Shown here piece after piece: positions 38,680 through 52,070 of a stretch of DNA of 64,000 nt. This stretch comes from Octopus vulgaris (taxonomy: Eukaryota), in assembly GCA_951406725.2 (NCBI GenBank), contig OX597837.1, positions 41,974,001-42,038,000 on the forward strand. The letters run 5' to 3'. The first letter of the stretch is position 1. Every line of letters begins with the position of its first letter. Below the pieces are notes generated by a model, which did no database searches, was not told the DNA's origin, and saw nothing but the letters and a program-made list of their open reading frames with translations. The position numbers were made by a program, and so were the translations under genes.

Positions 38680-39993
38680 ATATATATTTTATATATTGCA
38701 TTGCTATTATAGTGGTTTAGAGGGGAAGAGAGAGGGAGAAAGTACAGGAGAGGATATACCAAAAACATTGAGTACAATGTGTTTGTTTAGCCATAGGTCA
38801 ACCATGATCAAGCAGGCCTATGATCAAAAGCATTCTTTCCACTCATGATCATCCTATATTTTTTTCATGCATTGTATATCAATGATAACATTAACCAAAA
38901 TGTCAGAGTTTCTTTTTCTATGCAGGGGTATCATAATCACCATATTTGTCTATTAAGCACTCAATAACTTGCTCTCAAATTAACCTTAATGATATAAACT
39001 CAATTGTGTTTATATTGTTTATTAATAAAATAAAAATAAATTGTTTTTAATCATTCCACTTGTAAGGGGCCCCCGCATGTTTACAATGGTTAGAAATTAA
39101 GGAAGATTTGCCAACAATATCTAACCAATCAAATGACCCCTACTTGCCACTTGTGTACACATACAGGTTAGATAATAAGAACATAATCTAATCATAACAG
39201 TCATCTATGTATCATACTCAATGTAAAGATATTCTGAAAGACAAATTTATTGCAGTATTTATCCACAGATAACACCTCCCATAGACCTGTTGTATGTAAA
39301 AACCATCCCAGCAATAGCCAGTGAGAAAGCCAGACGCACATCAGCCCTACTGGGCCCCACCAAAGGCATGAACCCATAGTTAGATACACATGCCCAGATG
39401 AGATCTACTGACTCTGACCCACATGAAAAAAGTGCAAAAATATCCATCATCTCTGTGAACAGCCACCCAGCTGGATAAAGATCTATTATATACATTAGTA
39501 TATACTATATACTATATATACTATATAGCATATAACAGATGAAAGATGTAGTCAAAAGTGGAGCTTTGATGTGGTTACTTGACCTTCCAGAAAGAGCTGT
39601 CCATTCTTACAGCCTTTTAGAAAGCAAACAAACAAAAGAGACTCAGGGATGGAACGGATAATTGTAGTCCTAGAGACAGTCTGTCTAAATAAAAAAAATG
39701 AAATGGTCATGGTTGGAATGGCTTTGATTATAGGTCTACTCAACTAGGGTTGGCCGGAGATTAAACAACCCTAACAACATAAAACAAATTTAATTATCTC
39801 CATGATTGTTATCAAAAAAGTTCTACTTTAAAACAAACAAAATTTCTCTTTTGAAAAAAAAGAAATGAAGAAAATTTTGTAAAATAATTTATATTTGATC
39901 TTTTTTACAGACCATTACCTTTTGTCACAGATATTTTGTTTGTTTGCTTTTACTAGCTGGGTTTGAAGGAAGGGGCAGTGCCCTCCTGTAGAA

Positions 39994-40500
39994 CAGGGGT
40001 GGGGAAACATTTTAGTGTGGTGGGCAAAAATTTCCAAAGGAAAAGGTCCGTGGGCGGACCACAAGTTCTAACTCTTATATCTGTGTAAATCTTGTATATA
40101 TCGATGTATAATTTGATATATATTAATAAAGATAGGTTTAACACATCAAATTAATGTGTAACATCTTCATTAACACTGTCACTGAATTTAGGATGTTTAT
40201 ATTACTTATGAGGTGTATAATTTTCAGCTAGAGTGTAGTTGGATCTCAGTGGGTGGTACAAACCTAGCGATATGTGTTTTATAGTGAAAACAAAATTTCC
40301 ATTCAAACGGCAATTTCAGGACAATTTCTGTTCGAATCTAACTGTTTTAAGCCATAGTGGAAATGCAACCTATGTTACAAACAGGAATATGAATATTTTA
40401 TAAATTTTATAATTGAAAAATTTATTATATTTTCTACATATGAGTATATCAGCCTGCGGGCGCAATAAAATGTGCTCACACGTAGAATTGCGCCGGCAGT
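39994..40500 (+). mobile_element. Possible hAT-Charlie-type MITE relic
   Basis: Left end CAGGGGTGGGGAAAC after CTGTAGAA; GCGGGCGC/GGGCGGACC subterminal motifs; right TIR not found. Confidence 0.4.
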
Positions 40501-40761
40501 AACTAATTACAATTGAACACATGTGGGGGGAAAGATATAAGCAGCAGTAGGATTCCAGTGGGATGAAATTCTATGAAGGAAGAAAAGTCTTGGCATGGTG
40601 ATTTAGTGTAGGACCTGGGAGGTGTTGGGCATAACAAAGGAGATGGAAAGAGGGCATAAATTAAAAAGGGTTCAAACAAAAATGACAATAAAAGATAAAA
40701 AAAAAACACTGAAATTTTATGCCTGTAAAACAAATGAATGTAAGTAATATACAAAACGTAG

Positions 40762-41180
40762 TTACTCTTTTACTCTCTCTTTACTCTTTTACTTGTTTCA
40801 GTCATTTGACTGCGGCCATGCTGGAGCACCGCCATTAGTCGAGCAAATCGACCCTGGGACTTATTCTTTGTAAGCCCAGTACTTATTCTATCGGTCTCTT
40901 TTGCCGATCCGCTAAGTGACGGGGACGTAAACACACCAGCATCGGTTGTCAAGCAATGCTAGAGGGACAAACACAGACACACAAACATATACACACACAT
41001 ACATATATACATCTATACGACAGGCTTCTTTCAGTTTCCGTCTACCAAATCCACTCACAAGGCTTTGGTAAGCCCAAGGTTATAGCAGAAGATACTTGCC
41101 CAAGATACCACACAGTGGGACTGAAACTGGAACCATGTGGTTGGTAAGCAAGCTACTTACTACACAGCCACTCCCGTGCC
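40762..41180 (-). mobile_element. SINE-A, full length, young
   Basis: Reverse match to 27744-28147. Confidence 0.92.
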
Positions 41181-41429
41181 TATTATTTTTTAAACAGCAG
41201 CTTAAACTTATGATAAGAATAGTTTCTTTAACTGAAGCAAAGCCATAGGTTTTGGAAGAAAATGGTAACGGAATCGTGAATGAAATTAATCTATAAAAAC
41301 TGTGAGGTACCTGTATATGAACAGTTCTCTAAGAAAACAAATTGAATGTCAAGCAGCCTTTCTGAAGAAAATTAAACTTGGATGAATGAGCTGAAATTTG
41401 ATCAATGTATCTCGAATGGATTATGCACA

Positions 41430-41683
41430 GGCACAGGAATGGCTGTGTGGTAAGAAGCTTGCTTGCCAACCACATGGTTTCCGGGTTCAGTAGAAATTTG
41501 GGCAAGTGTCTTCTACTGTAGCTGTGGACCACCCAAAGCTTTGTGAGTAGATTTGGTAGATGGATACTGAAAAAGCCTGTCATATATCTATATGTATATA
41601 TATATATGTTTGAGCCTCTATCATCACTTGACAACTGATACCAGTGTGTTTACATATCCGTAACTTAGCGGAGTGGCAAAAAA
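41430..41683 (+). mobile_element. SINE-A, 3' truncated
   Basis: GGCTGTGTGGTAAGAAGCTTG head and body. Confidence 0.8.
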
Positions 41684-41859
41684 AGAGAGGGACAAATGGA
41701 AGATTGTTGCATTAAAGTGAGTGAAGTAAAATTGTTTCAACTGGGAAATTTAAAGTTTATTTTAGACTTAGCTCACCAGCAGTTTATATTTTGCTATTGT
41801 ATTTCTGTTGAAATACTCAGACTTTGTTTCAATTAATAGAAGACACTTGCCCAAGGTAA

Positions 41860-42007
41860 TCATCATCATCATCATCATCATTTAGCGTCCGTTTTCCATG
41901 CTAGCATGGGTTGGACGGTTCAACTGGGGTCTGTGAAGCCAGAAGGCTGCATCAGGCCCAGTCTGATCTGGCAGTGTTTCTACGGCTGGATGCCCTTCCT
42001 AACGCCA
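41860..42007 (-). mobile_element. Element D 3' fragment inside an old SINE-A head
   Basis: GAAGACACTTGCCCAAGG before and GCAGTAGAATTGAACCTG after the D fragment. Confidence 0.75.
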
Positions 42008-43736
42008 AAATGTGCAGTAATGTGCAGTAGAATTGAACCTGAAATCCCAGGCTTGCAGACCAAGTTTTTTGACCACACAACCATGCCTTGCACTTATGGT
42101 GGAATATTTTTCCTTTCTTTTTTTATTGGATTGCATGCCGTGTCAATGGTCTTTGCAGGCTCTCTGAGATTACAAAGACTGACACAGTTAATGTTCGTCT
42201 TGGAATGATGCTCCATTTAGTCGGAAATAATCGATAAGGTGCTGACAGTTTGAAGTTAAAACCAAAAACCCACACACATATGAAGGACAGAAACACATGT
42301 ACAAACAAAAAAAAACAAAACAAAAAAAAAGCAAAGAAAAAATAAAACCAGTGCTAAATAGAAACTAAAATAAAATTGAAGAAAATCTAAAAAAGAAACC
42401 TTACATCATTTTCAAGGTAGATGTAAAAACATTTGAAAAGTAAATACATTTCTTTTAGAACCATGAACCAGAAAGTAGTGGAAGAGTGTAAAACTGGACC
42501 TCCTTTGCTACCTTGTTAAATGGCCATATTAAGCAGAAAGCAATAAAAATAGAGCAAGCACTTGAGATATTGGCAGAGAATCAAGACGGAATTGCAATCA
42601 ATTCCAAAACTGTTCTGGCATATTAAAACCAAAAGAAGAGAAATTACTAGAAATATATCCTTTGTGGGCTTCAATTATCAGCTAGCCGATGTGAGAGATC
42701 ATCGAGAGAGAGAGAGAGCGGAGGCGGAGAGACAGTGTGTGTGTGTGTGTGTGTGTGTGTGGCAAGCACTTCTATGTATGCCAAGGATATTTAAGTCAAC
42801 ACGTTGCCTGTTGCTTCTAAGTGGCGACGACAAATGCTAGTGAAAGAGTTTATTTGATTAGTGTTGCTCTCCGCTGTTAAGTCTCAAACAAGTTTCCTCC
42901 AGCCATACTGTTTACACGAGAGAATCTATAACCGAAGAGAGTAAGTTTCACAATATATTGATCAGTGCACCAGCAATGGAAAAGAAGAGTCTAATGTGGA
43001 AAAAAACAACAAAGAAAAGAGAAAAAACAAAAAAGAAAAAACCCCAAAATCAAAACCAAACTCAAGGTTCAACACTTGAGGTATGGACTGTGATTACACA
43101 CTATTATTGCGATTTGTTAAAAAATTTCTCAGCTAAACAATAACAGCGTAAACAACAACAATTTCTAAGCCATTAAGGTTGTGGCAATAGAAAGCGTAGG
43201 TGTTTATGCCATATTCAATAAAGTATTTTCTTTATAAATACCTGATGTTACTAACGATGATGATGATGATAATTCGATGTATGATGATGGATGTATTTTC
43301 TAAGGCTTAAAGCCATTTATAAAGACAAAAAGGTGTAGTTAACGAACTCAGTAGATTACATTACAGCTCCTTTACTTTCAAGGTAAGAGAAGAGGTAGGG
43401 TTTGTCGGGGCATCGGATAAGTGCTTTGCATTACTTGTTCCGACTCTTAAAGGGTTTTTGAGTTCAAATCCAGATGAGGTCAACTTTGTCTCCTTTCATC
43501 CTTTGGGGATTGATAAAGTACCGGCTCAGCATGGTGCGTTGGCAGAATTATTAGAGAGTCAGGCGAGATGCTTTGTAGTATCTTTTCTTCCGACTGTGTG
43601 CGTGCTTCACGTTTAGATCTTACATTGTGACACATCCGTCTGCAGTTGTGACCAACAAATAGTACAAGTGGAAAAATCAAAATCAATGGAAATACAATTT
43701 GCTTGGTTTGATTGAAAGATGGTTTCCCTAGGCTAG

Positions 43737-43767
<31 letters not shown>

Positions 43768-43779
43768 TAGTAATAATAC

Positions 43780-44392
43780 TTTCTACTATAGTCACAGGGT
43801 CTAAAATTTAGTGGGAGGGAGTTAGTTGATAACATCAACCCTAGAGTTCAGTTGGTACTTATTTTATTGACCCTAAATTTGAACTCAGAAGTAGAGAGAG
43901 ATGAAATGTCACTAAGTATTTTGACCAACATACTAATGATTCTGCCAGCTTACTGCCTTAATAATAATAATAATAATATTAATAATAATAATAACAACAA
44001 TAATAATGGACTGTCCTGTCGAAGACCACTGCACAAATGATTTGTTTATAGCAATCAAATGTATGTGCCGCACTCTCTCTATCAAATCAATGCTGTCTGC
44101 ACAGGTGCACAGTGTATCACACATCAGGTCATGAGATTGTGAGTGCAACATCCTAACCACCGGGCCATGTGCTCTTATTACTATAGCAATAATCCTTTGT
44201 ACTATAGGCACAAGGCCTGAAATTTTGGGTGAGGGGTAAGGCTATTACATTCAACCCCAGTGCTTGACTTGGTGCTTAATTTTTTGACCCCAAAAAGACG
44301 GCAGGCAAAGTTGACCTGGGTGAAACTTGAACTCAGAATGTAAAGACAGACGAAATGCCGCTAAGCATTTTGCCTGGCATGCTAACGATTCT
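43780..44392 (-). mobile_element. Two old SINE-C-head copies with an alternative tail (43780-43960, 44193-44392)
   Basis: CTTT(C/G)TACTATAG(T/G)CACA(G/A)GG tail end joined to TGAACTCAGAA...GAAATG head. Confidence 0.65.
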
Positions 44393-44397
44393 ACAAT

Positions 44398-44607
44398 AAA
44401 ATAATAATAATAATGATGATGATGATGATGATGAAGATGATGATGATGATGTTGATGATGTTGATGATGATGATGATGATGTTGATGTTGATGATGATGA
44501 TGATGTTGATGATGATGTTGATGTTGATGATAATGATGATGATGATAATGCTGATGCTGATGATGATGATAATAATGATAATAACAATAATAATAATAAT
44601 AATAATG

Positions 44608-44638
<31 letters not shown>

Positions 44639-44663
44639 TAATAATAATAATAATAATAATAAT
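44398..44663. repeat. (GAT)n/(AAT)n trinucleotide array
   Basis: Directly visible. Confidence 0.95.
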
Positions 44664-44906
44664 AACCTATATATACATTTAGTCTCAGAGTAAACTTTAG
44701 GTATTTTTTCCTATTTTAGGTTTTGTAACGATGCAGTTTAGAATCAATGACGGTCGGTACATTTATGAAAACTAATAGTTTTGTATTTAGAGGTTAAAAT
44801 TAAGGAGTATAGTGACTTGATGATGTATAACTGTATATATCGTCTAAATTCATCTGAGAGTATGTTAGAGCATAATAACTTTTTTTCTCTCTGCTTAATT
44901 CCATTG

Positions 44907-44940
<34 letters not shown>

Positions 44941-45209
44941 GAAAACTCTTTGCTGCTTATGGCATTATAAATACATTTGTTTTGTTTTTTGGTTTTTTTT
45001 TGGTATTTTTCTTTCTTTCCTTCTTTTTTTTTTTGAAATAAGTGCTACGACACACACACACACATGCATACGGCTGCGTTAACATTGCCGAAGAAAATAT
45101 ATTTTTCTTCCCCTTCCCCCCCCGCGCCAAACTCAAGTGTACACAAATCATTTACATCACTAAAAAGTTAGCTACAACCAGCCAGACGCATTTTTTTTCA
45201 CCTTCACGC

Positions 45210-45255
45210 ATATACATATATATATGAATATATATATATGTATATATACATATAC

Positions 45256-45327
<72 letters not shown>

Positions 45328-45347
45328 ATATACATATGTATATATAC

Positions 45348-45394
<47 letters not shown>

Positions 45395-45580
45395 TATGTA
45401 TACATACATATATATATGTATATGTATATATACATATATATATGTATATATACATATATATATGTATATGTATATATACATATATATATGTATATGTATA
45501 TATACATATATATATGTATATATACATATATATATATGTATATATACATATATATATATGTATATATATATATATACACA
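45210..45580. repeat. TA-rich minisatellite-like tract
   Basis: Directly visible TATATACATATATATATG-type units. Confidence 0.95.
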
Positions 45581-46406
45581 CATTTTTTTTCTTCTCCATC
45601 CATTCATTCTTTCCTTCTTCCTGTCTCTCTTAAAGCCGCCACCCTCTTTCAGACCGAACTCATTTGTAGCGCCAGCCACCCCCACCACCCCGCCATCTCC
45701 TTCTCCGTCTCTCTCTCTTTAGTGATTTTGTTTTGTCACAAGTGGAGACCTGTTAATGCATATCAATATTCTCACACAAACTCATTTCAGAGTACATTAG
45801 CGAAATAGTGCACAGTGCACCCATAATAAGAAAAATAAATATGCTACTATGAATACTGTCATTGCTACTTTCACTTTCATTATCAGAGCAATGGATGGAA
45901 GAATTAATAGGCGTCTTGCAGTATTTGATTATGTAATTTAATGTTCAGAGTTCAAATCCCACCAAGGTCGTCAACTTTGTTTTCATCATCCTACTGGGAT
46001 TTGATTAACGAAATAAAATACCAATCAATGTAATCAACTACTCTCGATAAACTTTTGAGAGAACATGAAATAATTTTTTTTTTTTTTGCAGGGTGGAATA
46101 TTGGATCTTGAAGCATATCACATAAAGCTATAAACAACAGCATGTAAATATTCATTAGTGTCGTCATTTAACATCTGTTTTCCATGCTGGCATGGGTTGG
46201 ACAGTTTGACAGGAGCTGGCTCACCAAAGACCTGGACCAGGCTCCAATTGTCTGTCTTGGCATGGTTTCTACAGCTGGATACCTTTCATGATACCAACCA
46301 CTTTACACAGTGTATTGGGGGCTTTTTATGTGTGGCACCAACATGGGTGCTTCTTATGTGGCACTGGCACAGGTGCTATTAAATGGCACTTGTATGGGTA
46401 TTTGTT

Positions 46407-46791
46407 AGTGGAGGTGCAATGGCCCAGTGGTTAGGGCAGTGGACTCGCGGTCGTAGGATCGCGGTTTCGATTCCCAGACTGGGCGTTGTGAGTGTTTATT
46501 GAGCGAAAACACCTAAAGCCCCACGATGCTCCGGCAGGGGATGGTGGTGATCCCTGCTGTACTCTTGCACCACAACTTTCTCTCACTCTTACTTCCTGTT
46601 TCTGTTGTACCTGTATTTCAAAGGGCCAGCCTTGTCACTCTCTGTGTCACGCTGAATATCCCCGAGAACTGCGTTAAGGGTACACGTGTCTGTGGAGTGC
46701 TCAGCCACTTACACGTTAATTTCACGAGCAGGCTGTTCCGTTGATCGGATCAACCGGAACCCTCATCGTCGTAACCGATGGAGTGCTTCCC
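46407..46791 (+). mobile_element. SINE-B full length (tRNA-Arg-like head, tail X) with 13-bp TSD
   Basis: TSD ATGGGTATTTGTT at 46394-46406 and 46792-46804; A box TGGCCCAGTGG, B box GGTTTCGATTCCC. Confidence 0.93.
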
Positions 46792-47670
46792 ATGGGTATT
46801 TGTTGAAAAATCCTTTTGGGATAAAGTCAAAGGTTGCTCATGGAATTCAAATCCACATCTCTTGCAGACATTGCATTTAAAAATTTTTTTTATAATATTC
46901 AATAGAATAGTATCTATTCTGGTCTGTTTTATGGCATCTACCAATTTCATTAAGGATTCTTCTCTTGGACACGATAATAAAGATATTGAAAGAAAAAAGT
47001 CTGAGAGTCCTCGTTCGAGAAAATAGTGTTCCAGAATGGCCACAGTCATAAAAGAATATGATTGAAATGCCGAAGGGAAAGCCACTGAGGTGTGAACGTG
47101 TATGAAATATCGTTGTTCGTAACAGAATAATGGAGAGGAACGATAAAAAAAAAAAAGGAAGTAATTATCTATATTTATTCATTCTATTATGTTGATCAAC
47201 TTGGTTACCATTAACAGGAATTAATTTATAGTACCACCACCACTTTAATAAGTCATGTGTAACCAAATAGATTTATTAAGAATTCTTTGTGTGTTTCTTT
47301 TTTTCTCCTTCATTTCCACCAATTTGTAAGAAGATGAAAAGAAGTGTTATTTTTTTCTCCTTCTTACTTTTAGTATCTACAATAATTCTCCATTGTCAAA
47401 GAGAACCTTTGAAGATATTTTTTTTTTCTCTAACACTAAATTATTCCTACACTACCCTACCCTACCCAGACACACTCACACATAACATACAAGAAGCTGA
47501 GATTATGCTAATCTCCTATAATCCAACAGAAATTTACTAACAGATAAGAAATAGCTTCGTTGTGTTGGCCCACATTCCCGATAAGTTGAGGAGAGAGACA
47601 GACAGACAGACAGAGACAAAGAAAGAAACGGTATTTTCTATCTGACTGTCCTAATTACCTTTATTAGCGT

Positions 47671-47897
47671 AGATTGGCATATTTCAGTCATATTATGCGG
47701 AGAGAATCCCTGGAGAAGGACATCACACTCGGAATGGTCAGTGGCAAGAGAGGAAGAGGCCGACCAAGAACCCGCTGGCTTGACACCATCAGGAGTGATA
47801 CTGGAATGGACATGGCCAGTCTGAAGGAAGCGGCCCAGGATAGAACTGACTGGAGGACACTGATCCAATGAGTGACCGAGAGTCGACTTCGACTGAG

Positions 47898-47982
<85 letters not shown>
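47671..47982 (+). mobile_element. RTE-BovB-like LINE 3' fragment followed by (GA)n
   Basis: LAYFSHIMRRESLEKDITLGMVSGKRGRGRPRTRWLD...EAAQDRTDWR..VTESRLRL, classic RTE C-terminus. Confidence 0.9.
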
Positions 47983-47985
<3 letters not shown>

Positions 47986-48209
47986 TAATATTTCTATGCA
48001 ACTTGAATTTCTAGATGAAATATTCTCATTCCTACCTCACAGAACTAAGGTGCCAACCCATACAGGGTATGCTAGGGACCATCTACATGACAGTTGCTTT
48101 GGACAGGATCCTATGGACTCTGTCCCTTTCGAGGAATAGGGGCCGGAGAAGATGGCCGAACGGATAAGAAAACAAATCTAAATTTTTATTAAATAAGTTC
48201 TACATATTC

Positions 48210-48602
48210 TTTTATTCTTTTACACATTTTAGTCATTTGACTGTGGCCATGCTGAAGCACTGTGTCAAAGGGTTTTAGTGAAAGAAAGCAACCCAAAGAC
48301 TTATTCTTTGTAAACCTAGAAAACATTCTATCAGTCTGTTTTGCTGAACTGCTAAGTTACAAGGACATAAACACACCAACATTGATTGTCAAGCAACGGT
48401 GGGGGGACAAAAACAAACACAAAGACACATACATAAATATATATATATATACAATGGGCTTCTTTCAGTTTCCACCTACCAAATCCACTCATAAGGCTTT
48501 GGTTGACCTGAGGCTATCTATAGTAGAAGATACTTGCCTAAGGTGCCATGCAGTGGGACTGAACCCAGAACCATGTGGTTGGGAAGCAAGCTACTTACCT
48601 CA
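48210..48602 (-). mobile_element. SINE-A
   Basis: Reverse match to reference copy. Confidence 0.88.
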
Positions 48603-48948
48603 GGTTCTATATGCACAGTTGGGTCTATATTATATACTTTGATGCATTAAAACCTTCTTTCTTGAATGCACAATTTAGGTGCATCTAATATGCCCATGTG
48701 TCATTTCTGCCATCAAATATGGTAACCCTGCAGACCCTAGATCTAATCCATTTGGCCATGTTACCTCTATCAATTTCAGTGTACATTCTCCTATCTTTTA
48801 TCTTGTTTTAGTCATTAGACTGCGGCCATGCTGGGGCACTGCCTTGAAGATTTTTATTTGCATGAATTGATCCCAGTACTTATTGTCTTTTTAAAACCTG
48901 GTACTTATTCTATTGGTCTTTTTTGCTGAACCACTAAGTTACAGGGAT

Positions 48949-49128
48949 CCATGGAATAAGCTGCCGGACGAGATAGTGAAGATGCCGACGATTGCTCGGT
49001 TCAAAGTCTCCCTTGACCACAAATGGCCTGAACTCTTTGCATGAACACCACCCTGTACATAACTCCATGTCCCCCTACATGGCCTTGCTTTTTGCTTTTT
49101 GAGCCAAAAAATTAACCTAACTTAACTT
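48949..49128 (+). mobile_element. CR1-clade LINE 3' fragment
   Basis: PWNKLPDEIVKMPTIARFKVSLDHKWPELFA* (WNxLP...FKxxLD motif), short 3' UTR, (CTTAA)n-like tail; interrupts SINE-A. Confidence 0.85.
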
Positions 49129-49204
49129 AAACACTCCAACTCCAGTTGTCAGGTGGTGGTGGGGGGACAAACATAGACACAAAGACACACACACATACAT
49201 ACAT

Positions 49205-50054
49205 ATTTATGCGCCAAATAAAGTTCAAAGTGGCTTAGATATGAATGGACCTACTAAGAGATCCCATTCAGATAGGGGAGCCAAACAATACATAATCTCT
49301 GTAAAGACTACTATACAAATAACTGATAAACATCTCTCTATATATAAACGGCAGTTTGTCTGTGTGTGTTTCTGTGTGTCTGTCAGGTTGTACCCTCACT
49401 CTGACCACGGCTTTCAACCGATTCTGATGAAACTTGACACACACGTAGCCCAATGTCATAATTCAAAACTAACGCAGCGAAAATTTTGAAAAGTTCCCCC
49501 AGTTCTGAAAAAAATCGATAAATTCGACATGGAGTCGAGAATCAGAAACACAAACCACAGACTGTCTAGAGGACGCAACTCGACCTTTTTAACTAAAAAA
49601 AAAATTTACCATCATTTTTTTTCCATTTTTTTGGCTATAACTCTCTAAAAATGCTTTATAGTTATTTCCCTTACAAACCCGAGCAACGCCGGGCGATACT
49701 GCTAGTATCAAATATAATAGCAAACAAACCCAATGCTGTAATAAGAACCAGATAAACAGATTACACCCATTTACAAAAAGCTTAGGTAGAAATAGAACTA
49801 CACACCTCAATAATATTAATACCTCTAGCTGTATCGAATGGTATATAATTCCCTTTGGGAAAACAAATAATTTCCAATATACCAAAATTGTTTTATTTGG
49901 CATTGACTAAGCATATTTCAAAAGACAGTAAATGCTGTACAATTTCTAATAAACATTGAATTAGATTGGCTTTTTCTAATAGTAAAAATCTAGCACAAAT
50001 TACAGCCGCACACAATGCTAGTAAATTGAACAGTTTCCATATGAACAATAATAA

Positions 50055-50089
<35 letters not shown>

Positions 50090-50502
50090 GTAACCAGAAT
50101 TATAATTGTAGATCAATAAAGAACAACAATGTCAACATGAGTGAATAAACCATAAGTAACACAACCAGGTATCAGGAGAGGAACTATGGTTTGGCAACCA
50201 ATAGAATAGAACAGACCTGAGTGAACTCCCCCGTTAGCCTAGAAGTAGATGTGAAGTCTAAAAAGCACAGTACTCAGAATGTTGTTTATGCGCAAAAGAC
50301 TAATAGCTTAGAAGATAGACAGGATAATATAGAAATCACATCTAGAGAAGGTGAAGTGGATACTATTAATAGGAGTAGTAGAACTATAAAATGTGACTGC
50401 ACAAGGAACAGGGTCTGTCTGCTTAACTCTAATTGTAGGTATAAAAATGTCATATACAGATGTAAGGTTACCTCAGAGAATAGGGAGTACTTCTATATAT
50501 GA
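49205..50502 (+). pseudogene. Decayed Penelope-like element ORF: RT C-terminal linker, Cys motif and start of GIY-YIG endonuclease
   Basis: IEWYIIPFG/KQIISNIPKLFYLALTKHISKDSK...SNKH*IRLAFSNSKNLAQITAAHN and CDCTRNRVCLLNSNCRYKNVIYRCKVTSENREYFYI resemble PLE motifs WFNPP..KHFP..FN..SYS..N..II..HN and CxC..C..C..VIY..YIG; frameshift and stops present. Confidence 0.8.
49333..49705 (+). mobile_element. Non-autonomous Helitron
   Basis: A|TC...CTAG|T target with no TSD; 3' hairpin CCCG-AGCAACGC-CGGG; removal rejoins the PLE reading frame. Confidence 0.9.
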
Positions 50503-50848
50503 GTACTTCTATATATTTTTTCTCTCTTTGTTTGTCTCTTTGTAAATAAAACTACTACAATTAACTGTAATATAAATAAATATTGTAAAACCATGATTCA
50601 ACTGTAATACCAGTAGAGGCGATTATAAGACCAGAATTCAATCTGATTTAAAAAGTAACGCTATCCCCTTCAACTAAGTACCAACAAAGGAATCATGTTT
50701 GAATTGGACCCTGGATGAAATTGCAGCATCTAGGATGCATAACTGCATAAAATTTTGGATGTGAATAAATCTCTCCTCTTGGGTTTTCAATTACATATGT
50801 AAATGTGGAATGATGAAATGAGTGCTCAACACCACATTGGTGGATATG

Positions 50849-51005
50849 TAATTTCTGTATTTGTGAATTAAGGCTACCATTGGTTTCATGTTAAGAAGCA
50901 TAGGAAATTATTATAGTATCTTAAAATTGTTAAGATACTAGGATAATTTCCTACACTTCTTAACAAGAAACCAATGATAGCCTTAATTTACAAATAAAGA
51001 AATTA
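50849..51005. mobile_element. Head-to-head foldback (family P5) with half-hammerhead GAAA-CCA-A-TGG-TA
   Basis: About 75-bp inverted arms around AATTG; ends in (TA)n. Confidence 0.7.
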
Positions 51006-51059
51006 TATATATATATACACATATACATACACACAGCCTGAAGGCTGAAACATAAAAAA

Positions 51060-51103
<44 letters not shown>

Positions 51104-52070
51104 CTAGCTTCTTTCGGTTTCTGTGTACCAAATCCAGTCACAAGACTTTGGTTGGCCAGAGGCTATAGCAGAAGACACTTGCCCAAAGTGCCACACAGTG
51201 AGACGGAATCCAAGACCCCGATGTCAACAAACCTCAAATAGGGGTCACAGACAAACCCTACCATGTATAAGAGTAGTATTAAACAGTCGGGTCTGCTAGC
51301 ATGCACTGAAGCATTTGCTTATTTTTAATTATTTTTCCATTAGGTTACGATGGCTGATTTTTGATTGAATTTGCTCAGCTTAATTTTTGGTTTAATTTAA
51401 ATTGATTTTATGCTCCATTGAAGCATCGAAATATTCAGTAAATCAATGAGATCCATGATAGGAAAAACAATAAAACAAAACCCCCAGTTGAGAACCTTTG
51501 ATAGACGTCCTTCTACAACTCCCTCCTCCCCTCATTCCCTGCCCCAGAATTACTTCATCCATTAGTGTTAAGCATCATGAAATAAATATTCCAACTCCAT
51601 TCAACTTTGTTTGCCTTCCTAAAGAGTAACAGAGGTGCTGCTTCACTAATAACATAACTTCCACTCAATTTGTTCGGATAAACATATAAGCAGCGTTATT
51701 AACCGAACCATCAATCCAGCGCCTACGCAGAAGTTTTCTAAAGCTTACCAAATATCTTTGAGGACCATCGCAATTATAGTAAACATCATATTGCCTCTAA
51801 ATAAGCATAGCATCGTTAACATATCATTCATTCAGACTGCAGCAATTATAGTTCCTCACCATTGCCAATACACCAACCTAGAAAAATAAACCCATATTTG
51901 ATAAGCCATCACCACCACCGCTGCCACCACCAACACCTCCGCCTCTTCCTTATCATCATCACAGCAATATACGCTCTTCCATACTTGCATAAATTTAACG
52001 GAATTTCTCGAGGCAGATTTTGTACGACTGGATGCTCTTGCTGTTGCCAACCACCATCATCATCATTTCA

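Larger units (their letters stand above)
48795..51217 (-). mobile_element. SINE-A split by nested insertions (pieces 48795-48948, 49129-49204, 51105-51217)
   Basis: Pieces are colinear with the SINE-A consensus. Confidence 0.65.

Noticed and set aside
39061-39495. Solo LTR (TG...CA) or coding exon
   Set aside because: No matching TSD, no second copy in the window, and the ORFs are unrecognisable.
46407-46490. tRNA-Arg gene (also the heads at 14075, 27744, 11884)
   Set aside because: A and B boxes are present but there is no intact acceptor stem; each continues into a SINE body, and this copy has a TSD.
49955-49962. In-frame TGA in the PLE fragment as selenocysteine
   Set aside because: Some PLEs are reported to use Sec, but this copy also has a frameshift and other stops, the TGA does not fall at a Cys motif, and I saw no SECIS; decay is the simpler explanation.
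51218-51500. hAT MITE suggested by GTTGAGAACCTTTG end
   Set aside because: Only one putative TIR and no TSD; insufficient support.
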